Made by a program: the position numbers and the translations under genes. A stretch of DNA of 62,005 bases, counting the filler, from Sluysia triapertura (taxonomy: Eukaryota): the NCBI GenBank assembly GCA_046118255.1. It is 5 parts of 5 records of this genome, joined end to end, with 100 filler letters (N's around TTAATTAATTAA, not from the genome) between each part and the next. Parts side by side here need not be neighbours in the genome. Positions count along the whole stretch, not along the records: positions 24,063 to 37,900 come from JBJNIA010011541.1; positions 38,001 to 50,336 come from JBJNIA010118417.1; 3 more parts are not named here. The stretch is one strand, 5' to 3'. Positions 27,701 through 41,020 of this stretch are shown piece after piece (the stretch's first letter is position 1; each line of letters starts with the position of its first letter). The notes below the pieces were generated by a model. The model made no database searches, was not told the origin of the DNA, and saw only the letters and a list, made by a program, of their open reading frames with translations.

Positions 27701-29697
27701 CTAAAATGAAGAATTAATATTAAGAAATTTCATTGTCACTTACAAGACTATTAGTTTATGAATATTACAATCTAAGATTCAATATTAAGTATTTTTGAGT
27801 ACTAATGTAAACTCATGGTGTGTTTAAGAATAAAATGATCTTTTGCGCAATATGGTTAAATGTGATGTTACAAAATACTTTAGTTAGTAAAGTTTGTTAC
27901 GCAACGTGTACAAAGAAATACTCAATGATCTGAGAACGTGTGTATACAAAATGAATTTGATGAATTAAATTATAGTTAAATATTTTATAAGTTGTCAGAT
28001 GATTATGAAACTTTTAAAAAGAAGACAAAGTTTTTCTAATGCACAATATTTTTACGAATGACACATTTTAATTGCTACATAATTTAATATATTTGTATTT
28101 TTTATTCGTTATATATATATAACGAATATATAATTATTTGATGTATATATAATTATAAAAGCATTTCTAAAAACGTTTATAAATTATAATTATAAAAGCG
28201 TTTATTTATTTATTAATATAATAATTAATTTTACTCAAATGAGTTGCAAATACAAAATAATTATTCAATTAAAGAATAAAAATTAATAAATATAATTAGC
28301 ATTTTCGCTTTGAAAATAAAAAAATGATTAAAATAATTTTCATGACTAAATATTAAAGTTGACATATTACAGTTTGTTTAAAAACAGGATCTTGTTCGAA
28401 AAAAATAAAATAGTTTTTTAATTATAGAACTCGAATAAAATTATTAATTCATTAGTGGGAATTATCCAACTTTTAAAAGTTTTATTTAGGAAAAGAAATA
28501 GAGCAAGAAGTATGTTTAATCTTATACAAATTTATAAAAACTATTGAGTTTTATAAACTATTTGAGTTTTAAAAATTAACTACGCAAGTTAATATTACGT
28601 TTTTATAATGTAGTATTTGTCTTGAGAATTAAATTTTATAAATGTTATATATAAAGGTTAAATTACTTTAAACAGTAAAATTTTTTCGATTAATGTTTAT
28701 GTTAGTAATTGTTTTATTGGTTTGCAATATGATTTTAAAACGATAATATGCTTATAAAATGATTTTAAACGACAAAGTTTTACAACATTCTAGACGCGGT
28801 ATATAATAATAAATATTTTAATATATTGCTTTGTAATAAAATTTTTCATTACTTACAAAATTATCATTAAGAGATAGTTTCATGTTTCTAAAAGATATGC
28901 AACGTTTTATTTGTACCCTTTTAAATGTAATCTCTTAACTATTAATGGAAAAGCGAAATATGTAGCTACTACTATTTTGTAATGGAATGAAAATAATGGA
29001 TATTTTGATTCTAAATCGCTTGGGATAAACAAATCAAAAAAATCATTTTTTGAACATTTAAAAAGCTGTAAGACGAATATTTAAGGTATTGATACACACA
29101 CATACTAAAATTAGTTTTGAATAAAAAGTTGCAATTAATAATTTCGATCTAAAAGAAGATTAAAAACACTTATAAAAATTTGACAAAAGTTTCTATTACA
29201 AAAAGCGCACAATAACTAAAATTTCAGCATGAATTAGTAGATACTTCAATTTGTGCCAACTAATGAGTTGTTATGAACTTGAATAATAATTAAAGTAATT
29301 ATTATAAAACAATGTATTAATTAATATCAAATAAAAGAAAACAAGTGAAAATATGTTATTAGGAAAAAATATCCACTTTTCTAACTAATTTTAGTTAATT
29401 AAAGGTTAAAAAATTATTTAGTGATTGTGATTTTTAAATATTTAAACTATACAAATTCTAATTAGTAATGATTGTTGTTACTTAAGGATTTGAAAAATAT
29501 TTATCTATAAAATAGTTCTTTAAATAACGATTATTATCTACATTCTTGTTTAACTTGAACCTTCCGATGAAAATTTCCGAAAATAACGTGTTTAATTTGA
29601 TCTTCGAAAGCAGTAACATTTATAAATATCGATTAATGTTATTAATTTTCCATTCTTCGAATAAACATTGCTTTTTTGACTTTCAGGAAAATTAATC

Positions 29698-29700
<3 letters not shown>

Positions 29701-29746
<46 letters not shown>
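29701..29746 (+). repeat. (AAT)n microsatellite
   Basis: About 15 AAT units. Confidence 0.95.
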
Positions 29747-29747
<1 letters not shown>

Positions 29748-29970
29748 TGACAATAAAAATTATATTAATTAATTTAATAAAAATAAGATTGTATCATATG
29801 TATAATTATTAATAGATAATATATCTAAACTTATAGTTGTATTTGTTGCCAAATATGGATTAATCATTGTTCAGTTCATTGATCAAAATTTAACAGTATT
29901 TGTAAAGTTTGAGTGGTTATAATAATATATAAACTGATATTTACATTTTTAGTATTTTTGATTGTTATTG

Positions 29971-30098
29971 NNNNNNNNNNNNNNNNNNNNNNNNNNNNNN
30001 NNNNNNNNNNNNNNNNNNNNNNNNNNNNNNNNNNNNNNNNNNNNNNNNNNNNNNNNNNNNNNNNNNNNNNNNNNNNNNNNNNNNNNNNNNNNNNNNNN
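29971..30098. other. Assembly gap (plain N run)
   Basis: 128 N. Confidence 0.98.
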
Positions 30099-30879
30099 AG
30101 TGGAATAAAAAATATTCCTAGTAGACAGATATTATCATTAAAAATATGTATTTACGTTTATAAAATTAATTCCACATCGGTGTTTTCTAATCTATTACTA
30201 CTAAATTCTTATTATTTTGCAAATTTATTCGAAATCTGATAATATGAATATATCTTTTTATTATCAATTTATTTAACATTAGATTTCTTATTACACTGCC
30301 TATGCTATGGCAAAATAAAATTGAGCTGGCATTCCTGTAACTGCTAAAATTAACACTTTAACTGCCTTTCAACGCAGAATGTACTTTTGAGGGTCTTAAT
30401 CAACAAACTTACTTTAACTTTTAAACTCAATCAAATGGTTTATGAACCTTTTCAGTTTCAACTTTATTAAAATTTAAAAATCCGTATTAACACAAGATAT
30501 AAATCTTTTAATGAAATAAAGTTTACTTACACTATTAACAAGATACTGTGATATAAAAATTTTAAATTTTAAGTTCTTTGAGCCTTTAATTTGTACATTT
30601 CAATATTTTAAATTAGATTTTACCTCTCAATATATTAGAGACAATAAATATATAATTAATATTCAAAAGTTGAAACAACCTTATCATGAATTAACTTACT
30701 AAAACGTGAAAATTTAAACCACAGAGAAGAATAAATTTTTTTCTGGAGAGAAATTGTTATCACTTGAAATTCGAATTTAAATTTGTGATGTGTGCGAATA
30801 GTTAGTGATGTTTTTCAGTATTTTTGTCAACCAAATTATTTATAAACAAAAAACAAAATGGTCGTTTTATGATTCAAAT

Positions 30880-31420
30880 GCAACTATTTATATGAGCCAA
30901 CAGCCAATCAAAAACAATTAGAGAAATCTAGAAAATTGCTTTTCTTTTTTAGGAAATAAGTTTTTCTTTTGGAAAATAACAATTTTAAATGATTTTTTTA
31001 GTGGATTGTGATGAAAACAAATTGAATTCTTCCGAATCTTATTAAATCTAAACTTGCTTTTCGTCGGATCTCAATTCTTGCTCTTATTATAAATCTATAG
31101 CAAGCTAAAAACTCATCAAAAACCAAAATAATTTCCATAATAAAGTGCCTGTAAAATATACTACGAATTATTTCTTCAGAATAAAATGTTGAATATTCCC
31201 AGATATCCTATAATTCTAGAACTTTGTGTCGAAATGTACGCCATGTATAAGGACTGGTGGGATAATTAAAAATATTGTATTAATCATTTCCATTTCTCTA
31301 ACAAAAATAATAACATCTCTTTTGTTATATACTTCAATTCTATATTTGAAAAAAGTTAATAAAATTTCCTCGATTTTGCAATATATATTGAAACAACTTA
31401 AATTATCATAAGAAAATGCT
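30880..31420 (-). pseudogene. Decayed ORF of unknown family
   Basis: About 66 open codons (AFSYDNLSCFNIYCKIEEILLTFFKYRIEVYNKRDVIIFVREMEMINTIFLIIPPVLIHGVHFDTKF*), then disrupted. Confidence 0.3.
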
Positions 31421-32045
31421 TAATAACAAATTAATCAATATTTTACATGACAAGTACATTGTAATATATTAACAATATTGGATAATTATACTAATAAATG
31501 AAATTTAACTTTGTCAGAATTTGCGATTATCTTTTATTTTATCACTAAAATGTTTTTTATCAATTTCATTTTTCGTTTTATATTTCTAAATAAAATACAT
31601 TTTATATCTACTTTTTCCATCACAGTTTTAATTTAGAAGAAAATGTATTGTACACAGTCACATGAATGGAAGAGAAAAAAGAAGAAATGAGACAAAATTT
31701 CAGTGCAGTGAATGCAACATTTGATTGTACATAGACATTTGTTTTAAAGACTATCATACTTTTAATAACTTAAATTTCTCTTTAAAAAAGCCCATCACGA
31801 AATGGTTACACATACAAAAATCTTTCACATAATCTAAAAAGTAATACGAAGATAGCGTTGGATTATAGGTGTGGTGGTCCAGCCCACACCTATGTACACA
31901 TCACATAAATCACAACAATAAATTACACAAACCTCATCAAAAAAAATACATTACAATAAGTCTTGTCCAAATCATTCACAACATCCCGTCATGCATCGTT
32001 ACAAAATTACAGATGCCTAATAAAATTTGTTTTATTAACATTTAG

Positions 32046-32800
32046 ATCAAAAAATTAAACACAAAGCTCGTTGTCATCCTGTTATTATTATGACTCAATA
32101 TCTTTTTCTCGTGCCTCGTCATTCTTCATTTTTTTCCTGTAATTTTTTCTATATCAATTGATATTGAATTTGTTCAACAATTACTAAGGGATGTGTCGAA
32201 GAAAATTCAAACATCTTTGTCAGTTTCAAAAATATCCGATTTAGAAATGAGTCAGTTCATTGAAAAATTCCGTATTCAATATTTAAACAAATTTAATGAA
32301 TATTTAATGCAAAGAATTCATCATAATGATTTAACTAATCATTTAGAAGAAGAATCTAAGAACCTTTGTAGAAACTTTTCACTTAGTCGTAGATTTAATG
32401 ATGTTTTAGAATTTTTAAATTAAATAAAATCGTTCCCAAAGTTATTTTTCAATAATATGTTTCGATACAAGTCCCAACATACAACTTTGAGAAACTTAAC
32501 AGTGATCAACAAGAAACACATAATGTATTATTAAATCCTAATTTTATTGAAATTATTGAAAAAATAAATAGTAAAAAGTTATAGAAAACATTATAGGAAG
32601 TTTTTAATATGTTGTATTCAAATATAATTTGATAATTTTTTATTCAATCGATGTCGAATAAAATAACAACAATATATGCTTGTTGTATTACAAATGTGTA
32701 AATTTCCGCAATATTCTTCTACACCAAAAGAATGGTAATGTTTCAAATAAACATATACAAAGATATGTTGTGATATTATCAATTTAAAATACAAATTTAA
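32046..32800 (+). pseudogene. Decayed ORF (putative transposon cargo)
   Basis: The frame extends upstream and downstream of ORF 32193-32423 (...IDIEFVQQLLRDVSKKIQTSLSVSKISDLEMSQFIEKFRIQYLNKF...) with stops and frameshifts. Confidence 0.4.
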
Positions 32801-33358
32801 ACGAAAAATAAAATTTAGATTATTATTGTTATTTTCATTATCAATTGTTGATGGAATATTATTATTTTGATCATAACTTTTTTTGAAAATATTTTCAGGG
32901 AAAATTTGTTTTAATGGACAGAAATTTTATTAATTAAAGATCAATAGATATTTTAAAAGTGAAATATCAAAATCAAATGTTTTATTTAAAAGTTATGATT
33001 AATTAACTATTTTTAATTATAGTTTGTTTTAAATAAACTATAATGTGGAATAAGTTATGTGGAATAAGTTAAATAGTTTTGAAAAGAAATATTAATTAAA
33101 AATGTAATATCGTTTTTACAATATTTGGTTTACGATTAGCTGTTAAAAATAAAACGAATGAAATTAAACGTCATGGGACGAAAAGTAAATTTTATGTCAA
33201 CAAAAATTATCAGAAATTCGAATTTCGTTACCAATGTTGAGCTTAAAGAAATATCTCTTGATGTTAGTATGAAATTTAGTGTGAAGTTGAATGGACTCGA
33301 GGTAATATTTGAAATAAGTCAAAATGAATTTGAATATGATAAAACTACATTTGAAAAC

Positions 33359-33540
33359 ATGCTCTAAGAAGCCATAATGATTGCAGTTGATAACAGTGAT
33401 TATATGCGAAATGGTGATTATAATCCTTCTAGGCACCAAGCTCAAATCGAAGCGACTAATTTTTTATGTGATGCTGAAAAAAGAATGAACGTTGAAAACA
33501 CTCTTTATGACTTTAACAAATAATAAAGTTGTCATTTTAA
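33359..33540 (+). pseudogene. PSMD4: Fragment of 26S proteasome subunit Rpn10/PSMD4 (N-terminal VWA part)
   Basis: ML*EAIMIAVDNSDYMRNGDYNPSRHQAQIEATNFLCDAEKRMNVENT/(frameshift)MTLTNNKVVIL versus the canonical [56 protein letters not shown]; one stop, one frameshift, truncated. Confidence 0.85.
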
Positions 33541-34169
33541 AAGATCAGGAAGTTTGTCGCAGGGATTCAACAAATACTGTGGAGAACGGTGATCCCGAAC
33601 CAGTTCGAAATGCTAACGACCGTTTACGTAAGCGTTACACGTTTAACATTTTTTTAGTTAAATCAGATTCTGTTTCAAGAGCGGCAGGTAAACGACAATT
33701 GTTGTTATTTAATAAAGAAAATTTTTCTTATTTTTGTTTTAAGAGTCTATAATAATAAAATTTTCATGTGACTTAAGCACCAACTTCATAATTATATTTA
33801 TGTGGGTGAAGATGATAATTTTTGTAATCAATTAAATAGTATAGATAAAATTAACAATAATAGATCTAATGTTAAATATCAAAATAATAATAATAATAAT
33901 AGTAATACTAAATTTAATAATTTCAACACCACTTCATCCACTATTTTTTGTCGTATGAAATTCAAAGTTTCAATGTAATATTTTCAATCGTTTTATCTTT
34001 TTAAAATTTTCATAGCAAACATTGAGCACTTTGAAAAATTTGCAAAAAATATTTTTCTTTAAAAACTCTAAAAATACAAAAAAAATAATATATTATTTTA
34101 TCTTAACTGTTGCGTGACTGGCTTTTTTGGTAAGATATTAAAAAATTGTTAGGAAAAAAGTGTTTTTTC

Positions 34170-34520
34170 TTATGATATATAGTAAAACAGTCGGATAAAC
34201 ATAAGCAAACATTACAGTCATTGCACTTATATCTGTCTTTACTTCGTTTTTACTTCCACTGCGTACAATACAAACTTTTTGAGATATAGGAATGAATGAT
34301 GGAAATTGTCTACCACCCAATCTAAAATGATTTTCAGAAGGTGGTATTCCTCTCAATATTCTTTTTGGCTGCTAAACTTTTCTAATTAGTTCCTTTATTG
34401 AAGGCTATAAGTGAAATATTTACCGAATTTTGTATCTTGTAAAGGCAGAAAAACTATTTTTGTACCATTTGACTGTTTTTCTAATTTTTTATCATTTCCT
34501 TTAGCGTAAAATATAGTCTA
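34170..34520 (-). mobile_element. piggyBac transposase C-terminal remnant
   Basis: HFRLGGRQFPSFIP...VCIVRS and, in another frame, RYKCNDCNVCLCLSDCFTIYH, the piggyBac cysteine-rich domain. Confidence 0.75.
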
Positions 34521-34928
34521 TCTTTCTGGGAAATACAATTTGTTTTCGTATTAAATGAAAGCTTTTGTTATTATCTTTAATTTGATATAGAGACATCTGA
34601 AAAACTCTTATATGTTGACGAACCATCTTTAAAAAACTACCAGATAGGCATCCGTCCTGAAAGAATTATTGATTTTAACGTAACTTTTCAAATAGATTTG
34701 TTACGAAAATAGATGGGAAATACATTACACTGAGTTTTAAGTGTTCATGTTTAACCGTTAGAGAATGTTTTTATTTTGTCGTATGAGATAGAAATAACAG
34801 AAAGCTCAGAAATTATAATTTCAGCTGATTATTATTTGATAAAAAAAATCTGAGCTTGAATATTTTGATATTGTATTATGATTAAATCTATCCATATATT
34901 TATAATTATCCTTAAAATATCATCTTAA

Positions 34929-35162
34929 CCTCTTGTCGCCCGAATTAATTTTCAAATCTAATAAAAAATTTTCGAAATTACTACTTTCGAAATTACTTCC
35001 GGTAAATTGTTGTAATGAAAAGCTATTCAGTACCAGCTAAATATGTAGTATTAAATGAGTCGTAAACGCTACAGTGGGCTATAAGGGAATAAGTAAAGGC
35101 ATTTGTTCAATAAATTATAGTTTTCAGTTTGAGTCGTATACGACTCACCGGGCGACAAGAGG
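34929..35162. mobile_element. piggyBac-family MITE (234 bp)
   Basis: TTAA on both sides (34925-28 and 35163-66); perfect 14-bp TIR CCTCTTGTCGCCCG/CGGGCGACAAGAGG; subterminal palindrome GAGTCGTATACGACTC. Confidence 0.9.
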
Positions 35163-37157
35163 TTAAATTTAAAAACAAATTATTATATGATCAAAGGCGC
35201 TACTATGACTGTCATTTAGTTCCATCATATGAAGTAATATTAGTGTTGATCTAAAATTGAGTAATATGCAACTTTAAAATAAGGATTTATAAAAATAATA
35301 TATTGTAAATTTTAACTTCACAAAGTACTAAATACATTTTTACTCTAATTATTTAAGTTATAAGATTATTTTCTACAGAAATACATAGTTAAATAACATT
35401 TAACAATAATGATAATTAAAATGCATTAAATACAAAATTAAATGTATTATTAAATTATTAAACCTTTTGTAATTAAAATAATTTACTTTTGTTTTATTTA
35501 TCTAAAACCGAAATAATTTATAATTCCATTGTTATACGTATCTTTCGGCAAAAAATATATGCAATCAGAAATTTATGTATAACTAAAATATAAACAAAGA
35601 AAACATTTTGTAATGAATCCAATTATGATTAATATTTTTAGAACGAAAATTAATTTTCTTATTTTGATAAATAACTTTTAGATTTTCTGTTCACTTTGTT
35701 TAGTTTCTTAGAAGAGATAAAACTAAAACAATGATTAAACAATGTATTCAATCATGAGAATAATTTATGTAGTAAAACAAATGTTGTAATTTATGAATTT
35801 AAAATTATAAAATTAATTATAAATAAAATACTATAGAAAATAAGAAAATAATTTTAATTGTATATTTTATTTTTAAGGCAAAAAAAAGGAAAATCAGACA
35901 AAAAATAATTTAAAATTTTAATTAAAATAAAAAATTATTTAATTAAATCTTTATTGGATAAGTCAATATTGATTATTCTAAGAGTGTGGTTCGAAAACAC
36001 AAATTTAATGAATAATCAAGATCGTTAACACAATCATTGTATTAATAATTATTAAAATAAAGAATATTTAATTATTTATTATTTAAATAATAAATATTAA
36101 TTATTAATACGTAAACAAAAAATTTTTACTTTACTGATACAAATTTAAATAAGTATTTGTGTTTTGTTGGAAATAAAACTTAATAAATATAAATTTTGAT
36201 GATAAAATAAAGAAAAATTTTTAAAAATTTATTTGATATTTTGACCATATTATTGCATGATCAATGATTTAAGATATAAAAAGTCACAACTAAACATTAA
36301 ATAAACCTAAGCCTGAGAATCCTAAGTTGTAGAGAAATAAATCTTCAAAAAATAGTGTATTATGATGATTTTAGGCTGTTTAAATCGTTATTTTTGCATT
36401 ATGTAGATAAGTAAATTAGCTTAACATAATATTCATAAGTTAACTTTTTCTCAAAATAATCATTTAAGTGAAAGTAATAAATCTTTATTTGATGAAAGAA
36501 TAAATGAACAGCTTTGATAATGCTTTAAGAAATTCTCAGTTAAATAATCTAAAATTATACACTAAAATGACGATCTGATGGAGGAGTTTTTACTTTTAAC
36601 GGTATAGGGATTTTTGATGTATTTCCTTATTTCAAATTTCATTTTTATTCTTTATTAACTTTATTAATAGTTCTTTATCTTGATTATATCTTGATTAATT
36701 ACTGAAATAATATATATAAAAGTCGATACTTTTTTAATAATTGTAAAAAACATTTAATAATTTATATTGTAAATGAGCTGTAAATTATAATATTTCTGAA
36801 CTATATTGTATTATTTTATGTAAATAATACTTAATAAAATAAAATATCTAAACTTCAAACGTTATAAACATTAAAAATTAAAAATATTATTTAAAATTGT
36901 TTAAATAAAACTGAAGCAAATATTAAACAATAGTATCTATTTTAATTTCTCGCTTTACAAATAATGCTAATGTAAAATATATTTAAAAATAGTATTAATA
37001 AAATCGAAATTAATTGTAAAATTAAAATTTTATTTTTTAAATCACTTTAAATCAAAATAAAACTAATTGCTAATTATCTTTATTAAGAAATTGTAAGATT
37101 TAGTTTTATCTGCAAATATTTATTTAGAATAATGGGTTTTATTTATTATTAACTAAC

Positions 37158-37379
37158 CAATGTCATTACAAGTACCACTTGTAGTAGATTTAGACAATTT
37201 ATTTAAAGAATTGGTTAAATAATTCGATGAATTTATAGGATATTGAATTTTTCCACCATAACCTTCATAAATTGTCAATGATTTATCAGTATTGGTTGAA
37301 TAAAGATAACACGTACATCGGCTATTATTTTTAGACAAGTAACATGATCCATCTCGACAGGAGGATGCTTCACAAATTT
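37158..37379 (-). CDS. Exon encoding an EGF-like domain
   Basis: Boundaries atttag| and |gttagt, 222 nt, phase 1-1, open: xICEASSCRDGSCYLSKNNSRCTCYLYS...GYGG...SGTCNDI; six Cys with a CxC motif. Confidence 0.7.
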
Positions 37380-37900
37380 CTAAATTAGTTCATTTAAACA
37401 TTAATTAGTATCAAATTAAAAATATTACTAAATAATTTAAATTATTAATAATGGCACATATAAATTTCTTCGAAAAAAAGCACTAAATAAATAAAGAAGA
37501 AATTGACAAGCAATTTTTTCATATTCGAAACTTAATAAATATATTTTTCTGGAATATTAAAAAGGAAATTACATTATTAAAATATCAGACGAAGAAAAAT
37601 CACGATGTCTGCTTGTATTAAGAATGGAAATAAATGTTAATTTTTATAATGTTTGAATAATTTCGTGTAGATTCAATGATAGATATTACTGCTATCGACA
37701 CGGGTATATGTTTGCGAAGAAGCAGTTATTTGCTTAGTCAAAAAATTTGTTTATTAAAATTAATAAGTTTAAAATAAAATTTTGTTTGGTAGAAACATTC
37801 TAAAATTTAAAAGTTTCCTTTTTTAAAAAAAAACTATTAAATAATAATATTGAATTAATTACAAAATTATATGCATTTTTCGAAAAAATATTTGTATCTA

Positions 37901-38000
37901 NNNNNNNNNNNNNNNNNNNNNNNNNNNNNNNNNNNNNNNNNNNNTTAATTAATTAANNNNNNNNNNNNNNNNNNNNNNNNNNNNNNNNNNNNNNNNNNNN
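37901..38000. other. Assembly gap with linker (may hide the DNAJC5 J-domain exons)
   Basis: N-run with TTAATTAATTAA. Confidence 0.95.
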
Positions 38001-38024
38001 TGAAAATTAAAAAAATAATTTTTT

Positions 38025-38073
38025 TTCGGGTACCGAGGAGCGCGATCGCGCTTGTTGGCACTCAAAGGGTTAA
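38025..38073. mobile_element. piggyBac terminus
   Basis: GCGCGATCGCGC palindrome followed by GGCACTCAAAGGG-TTAA. Confidence 0.65.
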
Positions 38074-39642
38074 TATTCAAATAACTTTTTCCGATGATTT
38101 TTAAAATAATATTGTTAGTCAGACTTGATAACATAATTTAAACTTAATTTTCTCACTTCAATTGATCGTATTTTAAGAGAATAGTTTGTAATTGTTGATG
38201 TTTTAATATTAATTTTATTAAAAAACTATAATGAGTTTATTTCTTGGTATTGATTTGTCTCTTAATTAAGATCGAATATTAATTTAAAAAATTCAGTGTC
38301 TCTTTTTCATTAGTTTGTTGAATTTTTGTAGATGTGATCGACTTAAGACATTTATTTTCATTTTTTGATTATGGTCATTCAGCTTTAATTATTATTATCA
38401 ACATCTACTATAACAATTTGATTACTTACATTCAGATCTTTCTTATGGATGTGACATTATTTACTTATTTAATAATAACGATAAATTTATTAAAAATTTG
38501 ATCATACATATAATAAATTATCAAAGCATTTACAGATTTACAAAATGCAAACTTTAAAAAACGCATAAGCTAGTGAGAAAGTTGAATTTTTAGTGGGATT
38601 TATTCCTTTATGAAGTTTCCGAGTTAATATCATAATCATGTAGCTTACAAGGGATACATCCCAAGGTAAACCGAGGGATTTTAATGGAACTATACGCACT
38701 TTTATAGATTTCGGCAATATGCTATCAATGTTTGAAAGTTTGAGGCAATTATCTCGCGAACCAGTTAGAATTTTACAAATCTGATATCACATTTGAATTC
38801 AGCATGTCAGTATGTAAAATGACATGTCGCACAGCAACATAATATAATGAACAAAATGTGAATTGCAGGATTACCATTACGACTCTTAATAAACATAACC
38901 TGTTGTCATAAAAAAAATTTTTTTACAAATAAATGAACAATAATTATAATGATAAAAAGATATTAAACAATGTCAGTGATAATGTTCATCAAAATATGTG
39001 ATCAAAGTACACAACATTATTACAATGTGCATAACGAATAAAGCAAATATCTCAGACGCTTTTCTTGTTAATGATGATGATGATGAAAATCGATAGATAT
39101 TTGCATACAGAAACCAATCTTATTTAAATAAAAAAAACTACGTGTAATTTTTACATCCGGGTTCAATGGCCTGTAGGAAGTATCTAATCACTGTATTGTT
39201 TATTAGTAATTATAAAGGCAATAGTGCAATTTATATTGTGTCCTTTAGATGAGAGAATAATATTACATAATTAAAATTCATTCCCGTTGTTATGCATGTC
39301 ATTTTATAGACCTTTTAATGCTGAATTCAAATCCGAAAATTTCTCACCGGTTAACAAGTTAATTTCATATGTCAGAACGGTTCGGAATCAGCGTCCCTTG
39401 TTAGAAATTTACACTATACTTTTTTATAGTAATTTATTATTTAGTTGGCACTTCGATATCACCCTGATAGAAACGCAGGTGATGAAGAATGCAAAGAAAA
39501 GGTTATTGGTTTTTCTATTAATTCACACCAATTCTTACCATTTAATTTGTTACAAAATTACTATAGGTACAGTACATTTCTCTGTTGTATGTAATAATAT
39601 CACTATAATCGTTCAATGATAGATTAATATTTTTTTCTTTAG

Positions 39643-39793
39643 TTTCAAAAGATCAACTTTGCCTACTCGATTTTATCAGACGAAAAGAAAAGGAAATTTT
39701 ATGATTCTTATGGCAATTTTGGATTAGGCCTTTTCAATCAGGTTGGAGAAGATCGAGCAGAAATGTTAATGAAAATTGACAATATTTTTGTTA

Positions 39794-39795
<2 letters not shown>
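39643..39795 (+). CDS. DNAJC5: Cysteine string protein (DnaJ C5), J-domain end and linker exon
   Basis: Boundaries ctttag| and |gtatt, phase 0-0. FQKINFAYSILSDEKKRKFYDSYGNFGLGLFNQVGEDRAEMLMKIDNIFVK resembles CSP [39 protein letters not shown]...WAK. Confidence 0.92.
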
Positions 39796-39797
<2 letters not shown>

Positions 39798-39851
<54 letters not shown>

Positions 39852-39852
39852 T
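39798..39852 (+). repeat. (ATT)n tract starting at the splice donor
   Basis: GT followed immediately by about 18 ATT units. Confidence 0.95.
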
Positions 39853-40431
39853 TGTCACTTGAACACGTTAACGCACATCACCTACTTATATACCTACTCT
39901 GTGTTGCTGCTCTATACATTTATGAATACAAAAATTACGTAATGCTTCATTTAATCCATATGAACATATACAAATACTAAAATGCACATTTTAAACATTT
40001 TAAGCTATATATTATACTACTACATACACTAATTCTGATTTTGATCTTCAATATAAACATTACATTTATTTAATATTGCTAAAAATCAAATTCAGAAAAT
40101 GATTGCGTGAGTATATTTCACTACATTGAGGACGAATGACATGAATTCATGTTATGTGAATTTATGAGCTCATAAATTTTAATAATGTATTATACTTAAT
40201 AAATAATGTTTTTTTCGAAATTATCACTTTTAACTTATATAGTTTCAACAAAATATGCGGGAATTCAGGCTCTGTGCGCTTTTCATCAAATGGAAATAAT
40301 TAATTTTCAATTTGTTTATATATTGTACGTTTGAAATATAATATTTGGTTGGCAAATATGAAGTAGCAGATGGATACTTTAGCTAAATTACACTAAATTA
40401 CCGAGATTTAACTTCTGAAGCTTTTATTTAG

Positions 40432-41020
40432 ATTGTTGGCATTTGTTTAAATGTATTGTTGGTTCTTATTACCTTCAATAAGAACGGTAAGTATAATTGT
40501 ATAAAGTATAAATGGATTCGAACTCGGATCCTCTTACCTCACAGTAATGCAGTTTGATGCACTGACCACTAAGCAATCAACTCCGTCTAATAATTTTATT
40601 TTATTATAGTCAATTATACTATCGTTATTCTAAATGGCCTGTACCCCAACATAATAATAAGCTAAAATAACAATGATAATAATTTATTAATTTATTTTGA
40701 AGCACTTAAGTTTCAATTTACGTTATTCTTTTCTCTGAATAGGTAGGAGTCGTCGTTCTTATCTGACCTTGATTTTAGGATATAAGCGAAAATATAAAAG
40801 CACAAATGGTGAATTCGAAGGTTTAGTAGACAAAAAATTATGCAATAGAAAAATACGTATTATAATAACAAATGTTACTTTTACTTTTAAATTTTACTTT
40901 GTAAGTTATAATGATTTATCAATATTAAGGTACAAAAGTATAATGTATAATCATGAATTTTTATCTCTACGAACTTTTAACCAAATAAAGTCCTTAATAA
41001 TGGCTTCCCCTAATTTATAA
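40432..41020 (+). pseudogene. Nested two-exon gene remnant: hydrophobic signal-like exon plus Ig-like exon
   Basis: Exon 40432-40486 IVGICLNVLLVLITFNKN|gtaagt (phase 1) joins exon 40743 onward, GRSRRSYLTLILGYKRKY...NVTFTFKFYFVSYNDLSILRY, which has a loose Ig E/F-strand resemblance. Confidence 0.35.
40511..40652 (-). mobile_element. tRNA-LTR TRIM, partial copy
   Basis: Reverse complement ATGTTGGGGTACAGGCC...GATAGTATAATTGACTATAATAAAATAAAAT-TATTAGACGGAGTTGATTGCTTAGTGGTCAGTGCATCAAACTGC...GAGTTCGAATCCATTT. Confidence 0.75.

Noticed and set aside
33365-33367. Stop-codon reassignment (TAA/TAG = Gln) suggested by in-frame stops in many ORFs
   Set aside because: The eight credible exons (about 370 codons) contain no internal TAA/TAG and use CAA/CAG for Gln; the stop-containing ORFs mostly also carry frameshifts, so they are pseudogenes.
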